DNA of 64,000 nucleotides from an uncultured Methanoregulaceae archaeon (GCA_963705255.1 OY970061.1:1056001-1120000), one strand, 5' to 3'; counted from the stretch's first letter, positions 1 to 10,690 are shown. A program made the numbers and translations. The notes: a model not told the origin generated them from the sequence alone.

Positions 1-155
1 CTAACCATGATATATGGGTATGGATTTTAAAGAAATTTCCTGTGAACACGGTGATCTTTTAGCTGGATTGTGAACAAGAATCATTGATGATACTCCCGTC
101 CACCGATACCGTACGACATGTCGAGAAATTGATGGCTGGGTAAAAAAATTAATAA

Positions 156-1481
156 TTAGTAGGTTGCCAGGTACCGGTCGAGTTCCCACGGGTGGACTGC
201 AAGACGGAACGCATCAGTCTCCGCCTCTGAGATACGTGCGAGGTTCTCTACGATATGGCCGCCGAGTGCATCGCAGAGCACGTTATCCTTCATAAGGTAT
301 GCCTGTGACTCCGCGAGGCTTCCGGGCAGCATCTCAATCTTCATCTTCTTGCGCTCCTTGTCGCTCAAGTGGTAGATGTTGACGTCCGTGCTATCCGGTG
401 GCATGATCTTGTTCTTGATACCATCAAGACCTGCTGCCAGCATGCAGGCAAACGTCAGGTACGGGTTGCACATCGGATCGGGGCTCCGGAATTCTGTGCG
501 GGTACCGTTGCCCCGGGCGGCGGGGACCCGGATTAAGGCTGATCGGTTAGTGGTGCTCCACGAGATGTAACACGGAGCTTCGTAACCGGGAACGAGGCGC
601 TTGTACGAGTTGATGGTCGGGTTTGCGACCCGGGTTATTGCTTTGGCATGCTTCAGGAGACCCCCGATGTAGTAAAGGGCGGTCTGGCTGAGCCCCTTCT
701 CCGAATCCGCGTCGAAGAAGGCGTTCTTGCCACCTTTTGACAGGGAGCAGTGCGTGTGCATGCCACTGCCGTTGATTCCGGCAACGGGTTTTGCCATGAA
801 CGATGCATGGAGGCCGTACTTCAGGGCGATCGCCTTTGTCGCAAACTTCTGGGTGATGACCCGGTCGGCGGTGGTGACGGCATCTGTATACTTGAAGTTG
901 ATCTCGTGCTGACTCGCCGCGACTTCGTGGTGGGACATCTCGATCTCAAACCCCATCTGGGTCAGCGAGAGCACGATCTCTCTTCTGACATTCTCAGAAG
1001 CATCATTCGGCGCGAGATCGAAATACGCCCCGGTATCCGAGAACTGTGTCGTCGGCTTACCATCGACACGGTTAAACAGGAAAAATTCGAGTTCAGGGCC
1101 GGTATTGAAGGTGTACCCCATCTTCGCGGCTTCCGCCATGGTCTTTTTGAGGGCATACCGGGGATCGCCTTCAAACGGCTTGTTGCCATAGGTGTAAACA
1201 TCACAAACAAACCGCGCAACTTTTCCCTCGGACGGTCTCCATGGCAAAACCGCGTACGAGGCCGGGTCTGCCTTGAGAAGCATATCTGATTCTTCAATCC
1301 GGGTAAACCCATCAATGGAAGACCCGTCGAACCATGTCCCCTCGGTCAGTGATTTTTCAGCCTGCGCTACGGGTACCGCCGCATTTTTCGGCATGCCCAG
1401 AACATCTATAAACTGAAGACGGACGAATTTTACATCATCAGCCTCAATTTTTTTGAGCAACTTGGATACGTCTGTTGACAT
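156..1481 (-). CDS. glnA: Glutamine synthetase type I
   Basis: FDGSSIDGF, GPELEFFLF, HHEVA, NGSGMHTH and YKRLVPGYEAP motifs; start taken at MSTDVSK. Confidence 0.97.
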   Translation of the reverse strand: MSTDVSKLLKKIEADDVKFVRLQFIDVLGMPKNAAVPVAQAEKSLTEGTWFDGSSIDGFTRIEESDMLLKADPASYAVLPWRPSEGKVARFVCDVYTYGNKPFEGDPRYALKKTMAEAAKMGYTFNTGPELEFFLFNRVDGKPTTQFSDTGAYFDLAPNDASENVRREIVLSLTQMGFEIEMSHHEVAASQHEINFKYTDAVTTADRVITQKFATKAIALKYGLHASFMAKPVAGINGSGMHTHCSLSKGGKNAFFDADSEKGLSQTALYYIGGLLKHAKAITRVANPTINSYKRLVPGYEAPCYISWSTTNRSALIRVPAARGNGTRTEFRSPDPMCNPYLTFACMLAAGLDGIKNKIMPPDSTDVNIYHLSDKERKKMKIEMLPGSLAESQAYLMKDNVLCDALGGHIVENLARISEAETDAFRLAVHPWELDRYLATY

Positions 1482-1482
1482 A

Positions 1483-1496
1483 AGAAAAAAAGTTCC
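1483..1496 (-). promoter_or_regulatory. Putative NrpR operator (GGAA-CTTTTT-TTCT on the glnA strand)
   Basis: 7/8 match to GGAA-N6-TTCC immediately upstream of the glnA ATG. Confidence 0.55.
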
Positions 1497-1599
1497 ACCC
1501 AATCACATTTATATTTTCTGAACTAACTTCAATAAAGAATGCTCACATTCAATTTCCATGACGTTTTAGTACTATAGATCATTCCGATTTGTGATTACA

Positions 1600-2649
1600 A
1601 TGTGCGGTATAATTGGTGTCATCGATAAACGCCGTCAGTGCATGGACGGCAGCAGCATACGGAACTCGCTCGCTATGATGGACGAGCGTGGCAATGGCGA
1701 AGGGGCCGGTTATGTAGCCTACGGGATTTATCCGGACTTTGCAGATTCCTATGCCCTCCACGTATTTTTTGACGATGTCCACGAAAATAAACCGGTACTC
1801 GATAAAGAGCTCGAGAGATGGGGCAGCGTCATCCACGATGAAGAGATCCCAACCTATGCTTCACGAATAAAAAAGGTGCACACACCATGGAGATATTTTT
1901 TTAAACCCGATCCCGGGCTTGCGCCCGAGAGGAATACATCAGCCGATGACATCATCATGCACATCGTAATGAGTGTCAACTCGGCACCCAACGGCATCCT
2001 CATTTTTTCATCCGGTAAGAATCTTGGGGTATTCAAGGCATCCGGGTGGCCGGAAGAAGTGGCTGACCTGTACCGCATCCAGGACTACGAAGGATATCTC
2101 TGGCTCGGTCACAACCGTTACCCCACCAACACCGCCGGCTGGTGGGGAGGGGCGCACCCTTTCAACCTTCTCGGGTGGAGTGTCGTCCATAACGGTGAGA
2201 TCACATCTTATGGCACCAACCAGCGCTATATCGAGAGTTACGGGTACAAGTGCACCATGTTTACCGATACCGAAGTGGTTGCGTACCTCATTGACCTGCT
2301 CGTGCGCAAACACGGGCTCTCAGAAAAGATGGCGGTGCGTGCGCTCGCGCCCCCATTCTGGAATGAGATCGACCGGATGCCGGCAAAAGAACAGGAACTG
2401 AATCGTGCCATCAGGCTGACCTATGGATCTGCGCTCATGAACGGCCCGTTCGCGATCTGCGTTGCCAACGAGCATGCGCTTGTCGGTTTTACTGATCGCA
2501 TCAAGCTGCGACCGCTCGTCTCCGGGGAACACGGCGACCGGCTCTACATCTCCAGCGAAGAAGCGGCAATCCGCCGGATCGAACCGCACATCCGGGACGT
2601 CCACATGCCAAAGGCAGGCGAGCCGGTGATTGGGAGGGTCATTGCATGA
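1600..2649 (+). CDS. Glutamate synthase, class II glutamine amidotransferase subunit (GltB domain 1)
   Basis: N-terminal MCGIIG; HNRYPTNT, AHPF, HNGEI and DTEV motifs. Confidence 0.93.
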   Translation: MCGIIGVIDKRRQCMDGSSIRNSLAMMDERGNGEGAGYVAYGIYPDFADSYALHVFFDDVHENKPVLDKELERWGSVIHDEEIPTYASRIKKVHTPWRYFFKPDPGLAPERNTSADDIIMHIVMSVNSAPNGILIFSSGKNLGVFKASGWPEEVADLYRIQDYEGYLWLGHNRYPTNTAGWWGGAHPFNLLGWSVVHNGEITSYGTNQRYIESYGYKCTMFTDTEVVAYLIDLLVRKHGLSEKMAVRALAPPFWNEIDRMPAKEQELNRAIRLTYGSALMNGPFAICVANEHALVGFTDRIKLRPLVSGEHGDRLYISSEEAAIRRIEPHIRDVHMPKAGEPVIGRVIA

Positions 2650-4157
2650 CCATCGGTAGTATCCCCCTCAGGTTCAAGGTGGAGATCGATCCCGAGCTCT
2701 GTATGCTCTGCGGGCGTTGCGTGGAGAACTGTTCGTACGGAGTGTACCGGATGGATGGAGATAAAATACGGGTTAATTCACGCAATTGTGTTGCCTGCCA
2801 CCGATGCACGGCTTTCTGCCCCCGGGACGCCATCAGCATCTACGAAAAACCCACGGACTACCGGAGCCACCCGGTCTGGACGAGGGAGATCCGGGAAGCG
2901 GTCTTCAACCAGGCCAAGACCGGTAAGATCATCCTCGCCGGTATGGGAAATGTCCTGCCCTATCCCATGATCTTCGACCGGCTCCTCCTTGATGCCTGCC
3001 AGGTCACCAATCCGAGCATCGATCCACTCCGGGAGCCGATGGAGCTCCGCACCTATATCGGAAAAAAACCGATCGCACTCTCCCTTAAGGAATATCCCAA
3101 CGGGGATGCAGACCTTCTCACAAAGCTCTCCCCCAATCTCCAGATCGAGACCCCGATAATGATCGGGCACATGAGCTATGGCGCGATCAGTCTGCCTGCC
3201 CAGCAGGCACTGGCAAAAGCGGTCAGCCGCATCGGTACCTTCATGGGAACCGGGGAAGGAGGGCTTCACGAATCCCTCTACCCATACCAGAAAAATATCA
3301 TCGTCCAGGTTGCCTCGGGACGATTCGGGGTCGACATCAATTATCTTGAACGCGGTGCGGCCATCGAGATCAAGATTGGGCAGGGAGCAAAACCGGGTAT
3401 TGGGGGGCACCTCCCAGGAGAAAAAGTCTGTGCTGACGTTTCCTGTACGCGGATGATTCCTGAAGGCAGCGATGCTATCAGCCCGGCACCCCACCACGAT
3501 ATTTACAGCATAGAGGATCTCAAGCAGCTCGTCCGCAGCCTGAAGGAAGCGACCGAATGGAAAAAGCCGGTCTTCGTAAAGATCGCAGCGGTGCACAACG
3601 CGGCCGCAATAGCTGCCGGAATTGCACGCTCGTCTGCAGATGCAGTTGTCATTGACGGGTTCCGCGGGGGTACAGGAGCTGCACCTGTTGTTTTCCGGGA
3701 CCATGTGGGAATCCCGATCGAGGCAGCAGTTGCCAGTGTGGATGCCAAGCTCCGTCAGCAGGGAATACGGAACGAGGTCTCGATCATCGCGAGCGGCGGT
3801 ATCCGGCAGAGCGCAGATGTGGCAAAGGTCATCTGCCTCGGTGCCGACGCGGTTTATATCGGGACATCCGCTCTCGTAGCCATGGGATGCCGGGTATGCG
3901 GGACCTGCAACCGCGGACAATGCGCATGGGGCATTGCCACCCAGAAACCTGAACTGACAAAACGGCTCGACCCGGAGACCAACGCAGTCCAGGTCGAGAA
4001 CCTTATCCACGGGTGGACGCTGGAACTCGCGGAACTTATGGGTGCAGCAGGCATCAACAGCATCGAGAGCCTGCGCGGAAACCGCGATCGTCTCCGTGGG
4101 TATATGCTGGACGAGGGCCTCCTGAATGTCCTTGACGTCAAGACCATGGGGGCGTGA
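2646..4157 (+). CDS. gltB: Glutamate synthase FMN-binding subunit with N-terminal 2x[4Fe-4S] ferredoxin
   Basis: MSYGAIS, GTGEGG, QVASGRFG, EIKIGQGAKPGIGGHLPG, SPAPHHDIYSIEDL and CxxCxxC motifs. Confidence 0.95.
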   Translation: MTIGSIPLRFKVEIDPELCMLCGRCVENCSYGVYRMDGDKIRVNSRNCVACHRCTAFCPRDAISIYEKPTDYRSHPVWTREIREAVFNQAKTGKIILAGMGNVLPYPMIFDRLLLDACQVTNPSIDPLREPMELRTYIGKKPIALSLKEYPNGDADLLTKLSPNLQIETPIMIGHMSYGAISLPAQQALAKAVSRIGTFMGTGEGGLHESLYPYQKNIIVQVASGRFGVDINYLERGAAIEIKIGQGAKPGIGGHLPGEKVCADVSCTRMIPEGSDAISPAPHHDIYSIEDLKQLVRSLKEATEWKKPVFVKIAAVHNAAAIAAGIARSSADAVVIDGFRGGTGAAPVVFRDHVGIPIEAAVASVDAKLRQQGIRNEVSIIASGGIRQSADVAKVICLGADAVYIGTSALVAMGCRVCGTCNRGQCAWGIATQKPELTKRLDPETNAVQVENLIHGWTLELAELMGAAGINSIESLRGNRDRLRGYMLDEGLLNVLDVKTMGA

Positions 4158-4903
4158 AGGTGACCACGGTAACTATTGATGCGAAAGACCTGCATTACAC
4201 CCCTCTGAACCAGAGGATACGGAAGGCCATTGCTGAAGGGGCAACGAAGATTGTAATCAACAATGTCCTCGGCCAGAGATTTATTGGTGACGGGCTGAGA
4301 GGGGACGGGGTCGAAATTACCGTGAACGGTGTACCGGGAGGGGATCTTGCGATGTTCATGAGCGGCCCAACCATCATCGTTCATGGCAACGCCGACCATG
4401 CACCGGGAAATACGATGGACAAGGGCAGGGTCATCATCCATGGCAGTGCCGGTGATGCGGTAGCCCACAGCATGAGGGGGGGATGCATTTATGTACGCGA
4501 TAATATCGGGTACCGGGGAGGTATCCACATGAAACAGTACATGGAGAAGCGCCCGATCGTGGTGGTTGGCGGATCAGCCCGGGCATTCCTTGGTGAATAC
4601 ATGGCAGGAGGGCTCCTCATTGTCCTGGGATTGGGGGGGGCCACGCCAATCTCGGAACAGGGAGTCGGGAGCGGTATCCATGGAGGGGAGATCTTTGTTC
4701 GGGGGAAGGTTGACGGCCTCTGCCTCGGTGTTGGTGCAAAACAGATGCCAGTCACTGACGAAAAGAGGGCGATGATAAAACCGATCATTGAAGATTTTGC
4801 AAAATGCTATGGAATCGACCCGGCTCCCCTGATCGCATCAGAATTCACGCGCATTGCGGCCGCGAGTGCACGGCCGTTTGCAAGCAAATATACATGGGAG
4901 TGA
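4154..4903 (+). CDS. Glutamate synthase GltB domain 3 (GXGXG/FwdC-like beta-helix) subunit
   Basis: GxxM-GG repeats (GNTMDKG, GEYMAGG); overlaps neighbours in the operon. Confidence 0.9.
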   Translation: MKVTTVTIDAKDLHYTPLNQRIRKAIAEGATKIVINNVLGQRFIGDGLRGDGVEITVNGVPGGDLAMFMSGPTIIVHGNADHAPGNTMDKGRVIIHGSAGDAVAHSMRGGCIYVRDNIGYRGGIHMKQYMEKRPIVVVGGSARAFLGEYMAGGLLIVLGLGGATPISEQGVGSGIHGGEIFVRGKVDGLCLGVGAKQMPVTDEKRAMIKPIIEDFAKCYGIDPAPLIASEFTRIAAASARPFASKYTWE

Positions 4904-4908
4904 GGGCT

Positions 4909-5931
4909 ATGGCAGCAAAGAGTTATCTCGATTTGAAAAACGAGGTCTGGGATACCGGCAGGTGCTCGGGATGCGGTGCATGCGTGGCGGTCTGCCCTGC
5001 GGATGCATTGTATTTTGAAGAAGGGGAGATGGTGACTTCTCCAAAGAGCAACGGCTACTGCAAACAGGCAACTGACAGTGTCAGTTGCGGGGCATGTTAC
5101 TCGGTCTGCCCCCGCATTGGAGACCAGCCTGCCGAAACGCTTGGAAAATACCTCGAACTGGTGAGCGCAAAAGCGTCTATCGACATTCCGCACCGGCAGA
5201 GCGGCGGCGCAGTCACCGCCATCCTTGCCAACGCACTCGATGAGGGACTGATCGATGCCGTTGTCACGGTCACCGAAGATCGCTGGACCCTCAGACCCGC
5301 TTCAGTAATTATCACAAAATCCGATGTTCTCGTGCAACAGGCCGGCAGCAGGTACAGCTGGTGGGTACCGCTCCTCGCCGCACTGAAACACGCGGTGGTG
5401 GAACGAAAGTTCAAAAAGATTGCAGTCATCGGTGTACCATGCGCCGTACAGGCTGCTGCACGGATGCGGGAGAGCAACAACGATCTCCTGAAGCCTTACG
5501 CCCGGTCGATCCGGCTCATCATCGGGCTGTTCTGTACCGAGGCCTTCGATTATACAGCGCTTGTGCAGGGAAAATTAAGAACCCATTACAAGCTTGAACC
5601 CCACGAGATCCGGAAACTTGATGTGAAGGGCAAACTCGAGGTCCTCAAACAGGACAACAGCACGCTTGTCGTACCGCTCGCTGAACTGGAGACCTGCATC
5701 AGGAAAGGCTGCCATTTCTGTACAGATCTTACCGCGGTCCTCTCGGACATTTCTGCAGGTGCTGTCGGAAGCCCGGGCGGTTCAACCACGCTTGTCGTTC
5801 GTACCCATACCGGTAAGGGATTTGTCGACAGCGCGATCCGGAACAAGAAACTCTCTCCCACCGGTTCTCCTGATATGGCTGCCATCGTAAAACTGGCTGA
5901 GGCCAAGATCAGGAAAAACACCCAAAAATAG
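4909..5931 (+). CDS. Coenzyme F420 hydrogenase/dehydrogenase beta-like subunit (FrhB family) with ferredoxin domain
   Basis: CSGCGACVAVCP, QSGGAVTAIL, GSRY, GVPC, IGLFC and GCHFCTD...DISAGAVG motifs. Confidence 0.9.
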   Translation: MAAKSYLDLKNEVWDTGRCSGCGACVAVCPADALYFEEGEMVTSPKSNGYCKQATDSVSCGACYSVCPRIGDQPAETLGKYLELVSAKASIDIPHRQSGGAVTAILANALDEGLIDAVVTVTEDRWTLRPASVIITKSDVLVQQAGSRYSWWVPLLAALKHAVVERKFKKIAVIGVPCAVQAAARMRESNNDLLKPYARSIRLIIGLFCTEAFDYTALVQGKLRTHYKLEPHEIRKLDVKGKLEVLKQDNSTLVVPLAELETCIRKGCHFCTDLTAVLSDISAGAVGSPGGSTTLVVRTHTGKGFVDSAIRNKKLSPTGSPDMAAIVKLAEAKIRKNTQK

Positions 5932-6057
5932 TTTCTTTGAACCGGTTTACATCAACCTCGTTCCCTCATTTTCTCGCAGGCAAGGGGATTCATATACTTT
6001 TATAATTGTATATTGTAGATATACACCCTTGTCCCTGACAATAAGGAAGATATCTCC

Positions 6058-8328
6058 ATGATAAAGATACTGTATGTCGATGACGAACCGGTGTTGCTCG
6101 ATGCATGCAGACGGTTTCTCGAACGTACCGGGCTGTTCCTTGTTGAGACTGCACTGAGCGGGGAGGAAGCCCTGCAAAAAGTGCGTACAGGGGCCTATGA
6201 TGCCATCATTTCGGATTACCAGATGGCTGATATCGACGGGCTCGCTCTGTTAAAAATTATCCGTGATAAGATTCCGGATCTGCCATTTTTAATCTTCACT
6301 GGCAAAGGGCGCGAGGAGGTGGCAGTAGAGGCATTCGAGCACGGTGTAGATTTTTATGTCCAGAAGGGCGGGGACCCGAAGACCCAGTTTGCCGAATTGG
6401 CCCATAAAGTGCAAAAAGCGGTTGAGAGCCATACGATCAAACGGGAACTCTCCGCGACTGAAGAAAAGTTCCAGAATTTTGCCCGGAATTTTGAGGGAAT
6501 CGCTTTTCAGATGAAAACGGATGGGACTTGCCTGTTTCTCGAGGGTAAAATACCGGATATTACCGGGTATACCCGTGAAGATATTCTTTCTGGAGCAACT
6601 CCCGTCATTTCCATCATTCATCCTGATGATGAAACTGAGTTCCAGAAAGGGGTAAAACAACTCGGTATTGTTCCGGGATTCATTATTGATTCCCTTATCC
6701 GGATTGTCAGGAAAGACCGTGGCATCCGCTGGCTCCATGCTATCATCCACAATATCTGCGACAATACCGGGACCATCCTCTATATCCAGGGTGCATTGTA
6801 TGATATCACCGAACTTAAGACCGCGCAGGACGAGATTGCAAAAACCGAAGCGAAATGGCGCTCCATTCTCACAAAAGCACCCGCCACCATATCCGTTCTC
6901 GACAGGAAAGGGAACGTGTTGTTCCTCAATAAATTGCATCCTCCCAAAAAAGCGTCTGATATGGTCGGCACCAGCGCTCACGAATTTCTTGCGCCCGATC
7001 AGGAACAGGTCCTGCAATCGGTACTTGACAGGGCTTTCAGTCTTGGTGAGGTTGTGCGGTTTGAGTCTTCCGTGAAACTCGGGGACACGGTCACAGAGTT
7101 GCTGTCCCACCAGGTCAGCCGGATTTTGTGGGACGGGGAACCCGCCGCTCTCGTTGTTTCAATGGTCACTACCGAACGAAAGTGGCTGGAGCAGAACCTC
7201 CGGGAGAGTGAAGAGATCTATCGTGCTATTGTAAGCGCCTCCGGTGATGGTATTGCCATTCTCGATAAATCAGGACTCATCACCTTCGGCTCTCCGAGGA
7301 TATACGATATTTTTGATATTCCACGGGAGAAGAAGATGACCGGCGTTTCTGCCCTGAACTTTGTGGACCCGGCCTTCCGCCGGATGGCAACGCAGAGAAT
7401 TACCAAGAATTTTTCCGGGGATTCCGGACCAGAAACATATGAATACCTGCTGAGGAAGGATGACGGGACCCCGTTCTGGGGTGAACTGATAGCTAGTCCA
7501 CTGCTTGATGACGCTGGAAACGTTACCGGCCTGCTCGTACTCATCCGGGATATCACAAAACGGAAGAACTACGAGAAAGCAATAGCCGACAGCGAAAAAA
7601 AATACCGGACAATCATCGAGAACATGCAGGATATGTTCTACCGGACAGACCTCGACGGGAACGTCCTGATGATAAGCCCACACGGCGCAAAACTTGCCGG
7701 TTATGATTCGCCAGAGGAGATGATTGGCCTGAATACAGCCCGGGATATTTATATGGACCCTGATGAGAGAGAACGCTTCGTCGCATTACTTGAAGAGAAA
7801 GGATCCGTAACGAATTATATTACCACTCTTAAAACGAAGACTGGGAGACCTGTTGTAGTCTCGGCGAGCAGCCAGTTTTGCTTTGACGATTCGGGAAAAA
7901 TCGTGGGTGTGGAGGGAATTCTTCATGACATCACCGACCTCAAGAGAACGGAGGACAGGCTCAGGGAGAGCGAGAGCAGGTTCAGGGCGATCTTTGAATC
8001 TGCAGAAGATGCAATTTTCATCAAGGATGCACAGAGCAGGTACACCCTCGTCAACCCTACCATGGAGCATCTCTTTTCAAAAACTGCAAACCAGCTGCTG
8101 AACATGACAGATACGGATCTCTTCGGTCCCGGTATTGCGCCCGAACTCCGCGCTGAAGACCAGCGCGTCCTGCGGGGCGAGGTCATCCGGCAGGTGAACA
8201 CCCTCCCAATCAACGGGGAGAAGCGGAAATTCCATATTGTAAAGGTCCCGATACGCGATGATAGTGGCATTATCACCGGTATCTGCGGGATCTCCCGTGA
8301 AATCAACGGGACCGGAGTATCCAAGTGA
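6058..8328 (+). CDS. Receiver domain plus multiple PAS/PAC domain signalling protein (no kinase domain)
   Basis: ILYVDDEP...IISDYQM...FYVQKGGD receiver followed by about 5 PAS/PAC repeats. Confidence 0.9.
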   Translation: MIKILYVDDEPVLLDACRRFLERTGLFLVETALSGEEALQKVRTGAYDAIISDYQMADIDGLALLKIIRDKIPDLPFLIFTGKGREEVAVEAFEHGVDFYVQKGGDPKTQFAELAHKVQKAVESHTIKRELSATEEKFQNFARNFEGIAFQMKTDGTCLFLEGKIPDITGYTREDILSGATPVISIIHPDDETEFQKGVKQLGIVPGFIIDSLIRIVRKDRGIRWLHAIIHNICDNTGTILYIQGALYDITELKTAQDEIAKTEAKWRSILTKAPATISVLDRKGNVLFLNKLHPPKKASDMVGTSAHEFLAPDQEQVLQSVLDRAFSLGEVVRFESSVKLGDTVTELLSHQVSRILWDGEPAALVVSMVTTERKWLEQNLRESEEIYRAIVSASGDGIAILDKSGLITFGSPRIYDIFDIPREKKMTGVSALNFVDPAFRRMATQRITKNFSGDSGPETYEYLLRKDDGTPFWGELIASPLLDDAGNVTGLLVLIRDITKRKNYEKAIADSEKKYRTIIENMQDMFYRTDLDGNVLMISPHGAKLAGYDSPEEMIGLNTARDIYMDPDERERFVALLEEKGSVTNYITTLKTKTGRPVVVSASSQFCFDDSGKIVGVEGILHDITDLKRTEDRLRESESRFRAIFESAEDAIFIKDAQSRYTLVNPTMEHLFSKTANQLLNMTDTDLFGPGIAPELRAEDQRVLRGEVIRQVNTLPINGEKRKFHIVKVPIRDDSGIITGICGISREINGTGVSK

Positions 8329-8387
8329 GAAAAACTCCGGAGAATCGTTCCCACAATCCTGCAGCTCTGCATGGAGGAAAAACCCGG

Positions 8388-9755
8388 TTATTTTTTCTGC
8401 TGGATCCGGACGAGCGGGGAACACCGCCCGAAAAACCCGGCAATAAACGAAGTGAATTCCGGGCTCCAGCAGTTCCTTCCCTCCGATACTTCCCAGTTGT
8501 TCTCCAGGGACTGGCGCACGTGGCGCCCGAGGCTCAACTGGAGAAGGGAGGGGGATGAGAGCAGGTCCTTCGCTTTCGTGTATTCCCGGGGGATTTCGGT
8601 CTCGTACCTTCCCTGCACAATATAGGGGCCTGGCAGAGCCGAGGTGATATGCTTTGACCGGAATTTTTCCGCATTGACGCGGTTCCAGACCGGTGGACCG
8701 ATATGGGCACGGATGAGAGGCAACCGTGAGACCATCAGTTCGAAGAGCAGCATGCACTTCTCCTGCTGCATGGCAAAATGGGCATGGTGCACGCAGAACC
8801 CGTTACGTTCGAGATGTTCGTGGATCGTAACCATACTGCGTTTCAGCTGCGGAACAACAACTTCCTCGATGTAGGGTGGTGTTTCAAACGTGATCGCGTA
8901 AAGATGCGTCCCACGCTGTTCTAGCAGGGCCTCAAGCTCTCCGGCCGAGATCGTCTGTTCATCCGGGATCGTAAAAAACAGGTCGGAGGGGGACTCAAGA
9001 TACCCCCGGGCGAGCTCCACGAATTCGACCATCCGGTCAAGTGATACGGCAGCTGCCACGTTCCGTCTCGGGTCGACCGGATCAATCACGACAAGAGGTT
9101 CGCCAAACACCTTGGTACCATGCTTTTCGAGATCTATAATTATATGTGGCCGCCATTCCGCGGCAGCTTCGAGGAGTTGCGTGAAGCCGCCGTATTGGAG
9201 TACCAGCAGCTCGCAGAGATAGCCGGAGAACCCCTCGGTCATCTGGTCAGAGCCGTAGATCCCGCCGGCTTTGGTGAACTGTTTAAGCAGCAGTACGTCA
9301 TCGATCAGGCCGTTGATCTTCTCCGTGATATACCGGGTATGAAAAGGCGTGCGGTCGACAGCACTCTGGATCTTCGTTGCGCTGTCCACAGCATAACAGG
9401 GCACCAGGTCAACATCCTCGTTGTCGATTGTGGCGCTGATGTACGGGTGCTCGGCATACTTCTCATGGAACCGGTCGGTGAAAGATGCCGCGATGCTCCT
9501 CGCGAGGGTGAGACCTTCCGTCTCGAGCTGCTCACGCGAAAGACCGGGGTCAAAGAGCAGGAAGACATCGAGGTCTCGGTCACCCCGTACCCACGTATCG
9601 CGTGCTACCGAACCCACAACCATTCCCTTCGCTTTCCCGCTCCTTTCGATGGCGGCCAGGAGTTGTTGTGCAAGATCGCACACATGCTCGCGTTCCTTGC
9701 AGGTCGGACGCAGAGATGCCAGGACTGCTTCTTCGTGGGGAAGCCGTTTCACCAT
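8388..9755 (-). CDS. cca: Archaeal CCA-adding enzyme
   Basis: GSVARDTW..DRDLDVF, YAEHPY, SAVDRTPFH, GFSGYLCELL and DPVDPRRNVAAA motifs. Confidence 0.95.
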   Translation of the reverse strand: MVKRLPHEEAVLASLRPTCKEREHVCDLAQQLLAAIERSGKAKGMVVGSVARDTWVRGDRDLDVFLLFDPGLSREQLETEGLTLARSIAASFTDRFHEKYAEHPYISATIDNEDVDLVPCYAVDSATKIQSAVDRTPFHTRYITEKINGLIDDVLLLKQFTKAGGIYGSDQMTEGFSGYLCELLVLQYGGFTQLLEAAAEWRPHIIIDLEKHGTKVFGEPLVVIDPVDPRRNVAAAVSLDRMVEFVELARGYLESPSDLFFTIPDEQTISAGELEALLEQRGTHLYAITFETPPYIEEVVVPQLKRSMVTIHEHLERNGFCVHHAHFAMQQEKCMLLFELMVSRLPLIRAHIGPPVWNRVNAEKFRSKHITSALPGPYIVQGRYETEIPREYTKAKDLLSSPSLLQLSLGRHVRQSLENNWEVSEGRNCWSPEFTSFIAGFFGRCSPLVRIQQKK

Positions 9756-10289
9756 GTGACCTCCAGCAGGTCTTCGTAGACAGGCCCGTGGGGGGTGAGC
9801 GTGCTCTTCTTGAGTTTCATGCCACTGATGGTGCAGCTGCCATAGGTAGTATCGTATATGCACCGGATCGCTGATACCAAGGATGGGTCTGGCGACTTCA
9901 CCCGTGCCACGGTCGCATGGGAGGTATACCTACGCGTTTCGCGTTCAAAGCCGAACGGGGCGAGGGCGTCCTCGATCCGCCTGAGGAGCTCCCCGCCATA
10001 TCCGGCATCATCGATAACGCACCAGACCGTCCGGGGCTGCCTTGGGTTGTTCAGTGCCACCCGCCCTGCATTGACCGGGAAAGTATGGAAGCTGAATCTT
10101 CTTCAGGGCGTCCATGACTGCCGGAAGGATCTTTTCATCGACTTCTCCTAGGAATTTTACCGTGATATGGATGTTCTTCGGCTCTACAAAGGTGAGGCGG
10201 GCGGAACACCCGCGGAGTCGCTCCTGTGCACGTTCAAGCCGTTCTCTCATCCCGCCGGAAAGTTCCAGCGCGACAAACACCCTGACCAT
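9749..10289 (-). CDS. thpR: RNA 2',3'-cyclic phosphodiesterase (2'-5' RNA ligase family), apparent frameshift near 10095
   Basis: RVFVALEL and HITVKFLGE in one frame; HATVAR and STLTPHGPVY in another. Confidence 0.88.
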
Positions 10290-10420
10290 TATGGTACTAT
10301 TATTTCATTCTTCTACTAATGGTAATCGCTCCACTGGCCGCCAGCCATGGATGTACAAACCATGATTTTTTTATTCACATACTTCCAAATGGATAGATAA
10401 CAGAGTAAAGGGTGTTTTTT

Positions 10421-10690
10421 GTGCCGAAAAATCCGCAACTTATTGTTTATACGCTGGAACATTGTCCGAACTGCGAACTTCTGAAAAGTTTTCTGAAAAA
10501 AAGCGGGTGCCCGTTCACAGAGCGCGATCTCTCGACCGCCGAATCACTGACCGAACTCCGGATAAACGGCGTCTTTGTCAACGAGGCCCCTGTACTCCAG
10601 AAGAGTTCGGACTTCTACACTTCCGCTGACATTTTTCCGGCGGGCAAGCTGGACGGAGACCATATATCCAGGCTGATATCAGGTGAATGA
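10421..10690 (+). CDS. nrdH: Glutaredoxin-like NrdH redoxin
   Basis: CPNC and APVL motifs; overlaps nrdD start. Confidence 0.8.
   Translation: MPKNPQLIVYTLEHCPNCELLKSFLKKSGCPFTERDLSTAESLTELRINGVFVNEAPVLQKSSDFYTSADIFPAGKLDGDHISRLISGE

Noticed and set aside
1-189. 62-aa minus-strand ORF at the window edge
   Set aside because: Overlaps the glnA end, has no motifs and is likely spurious
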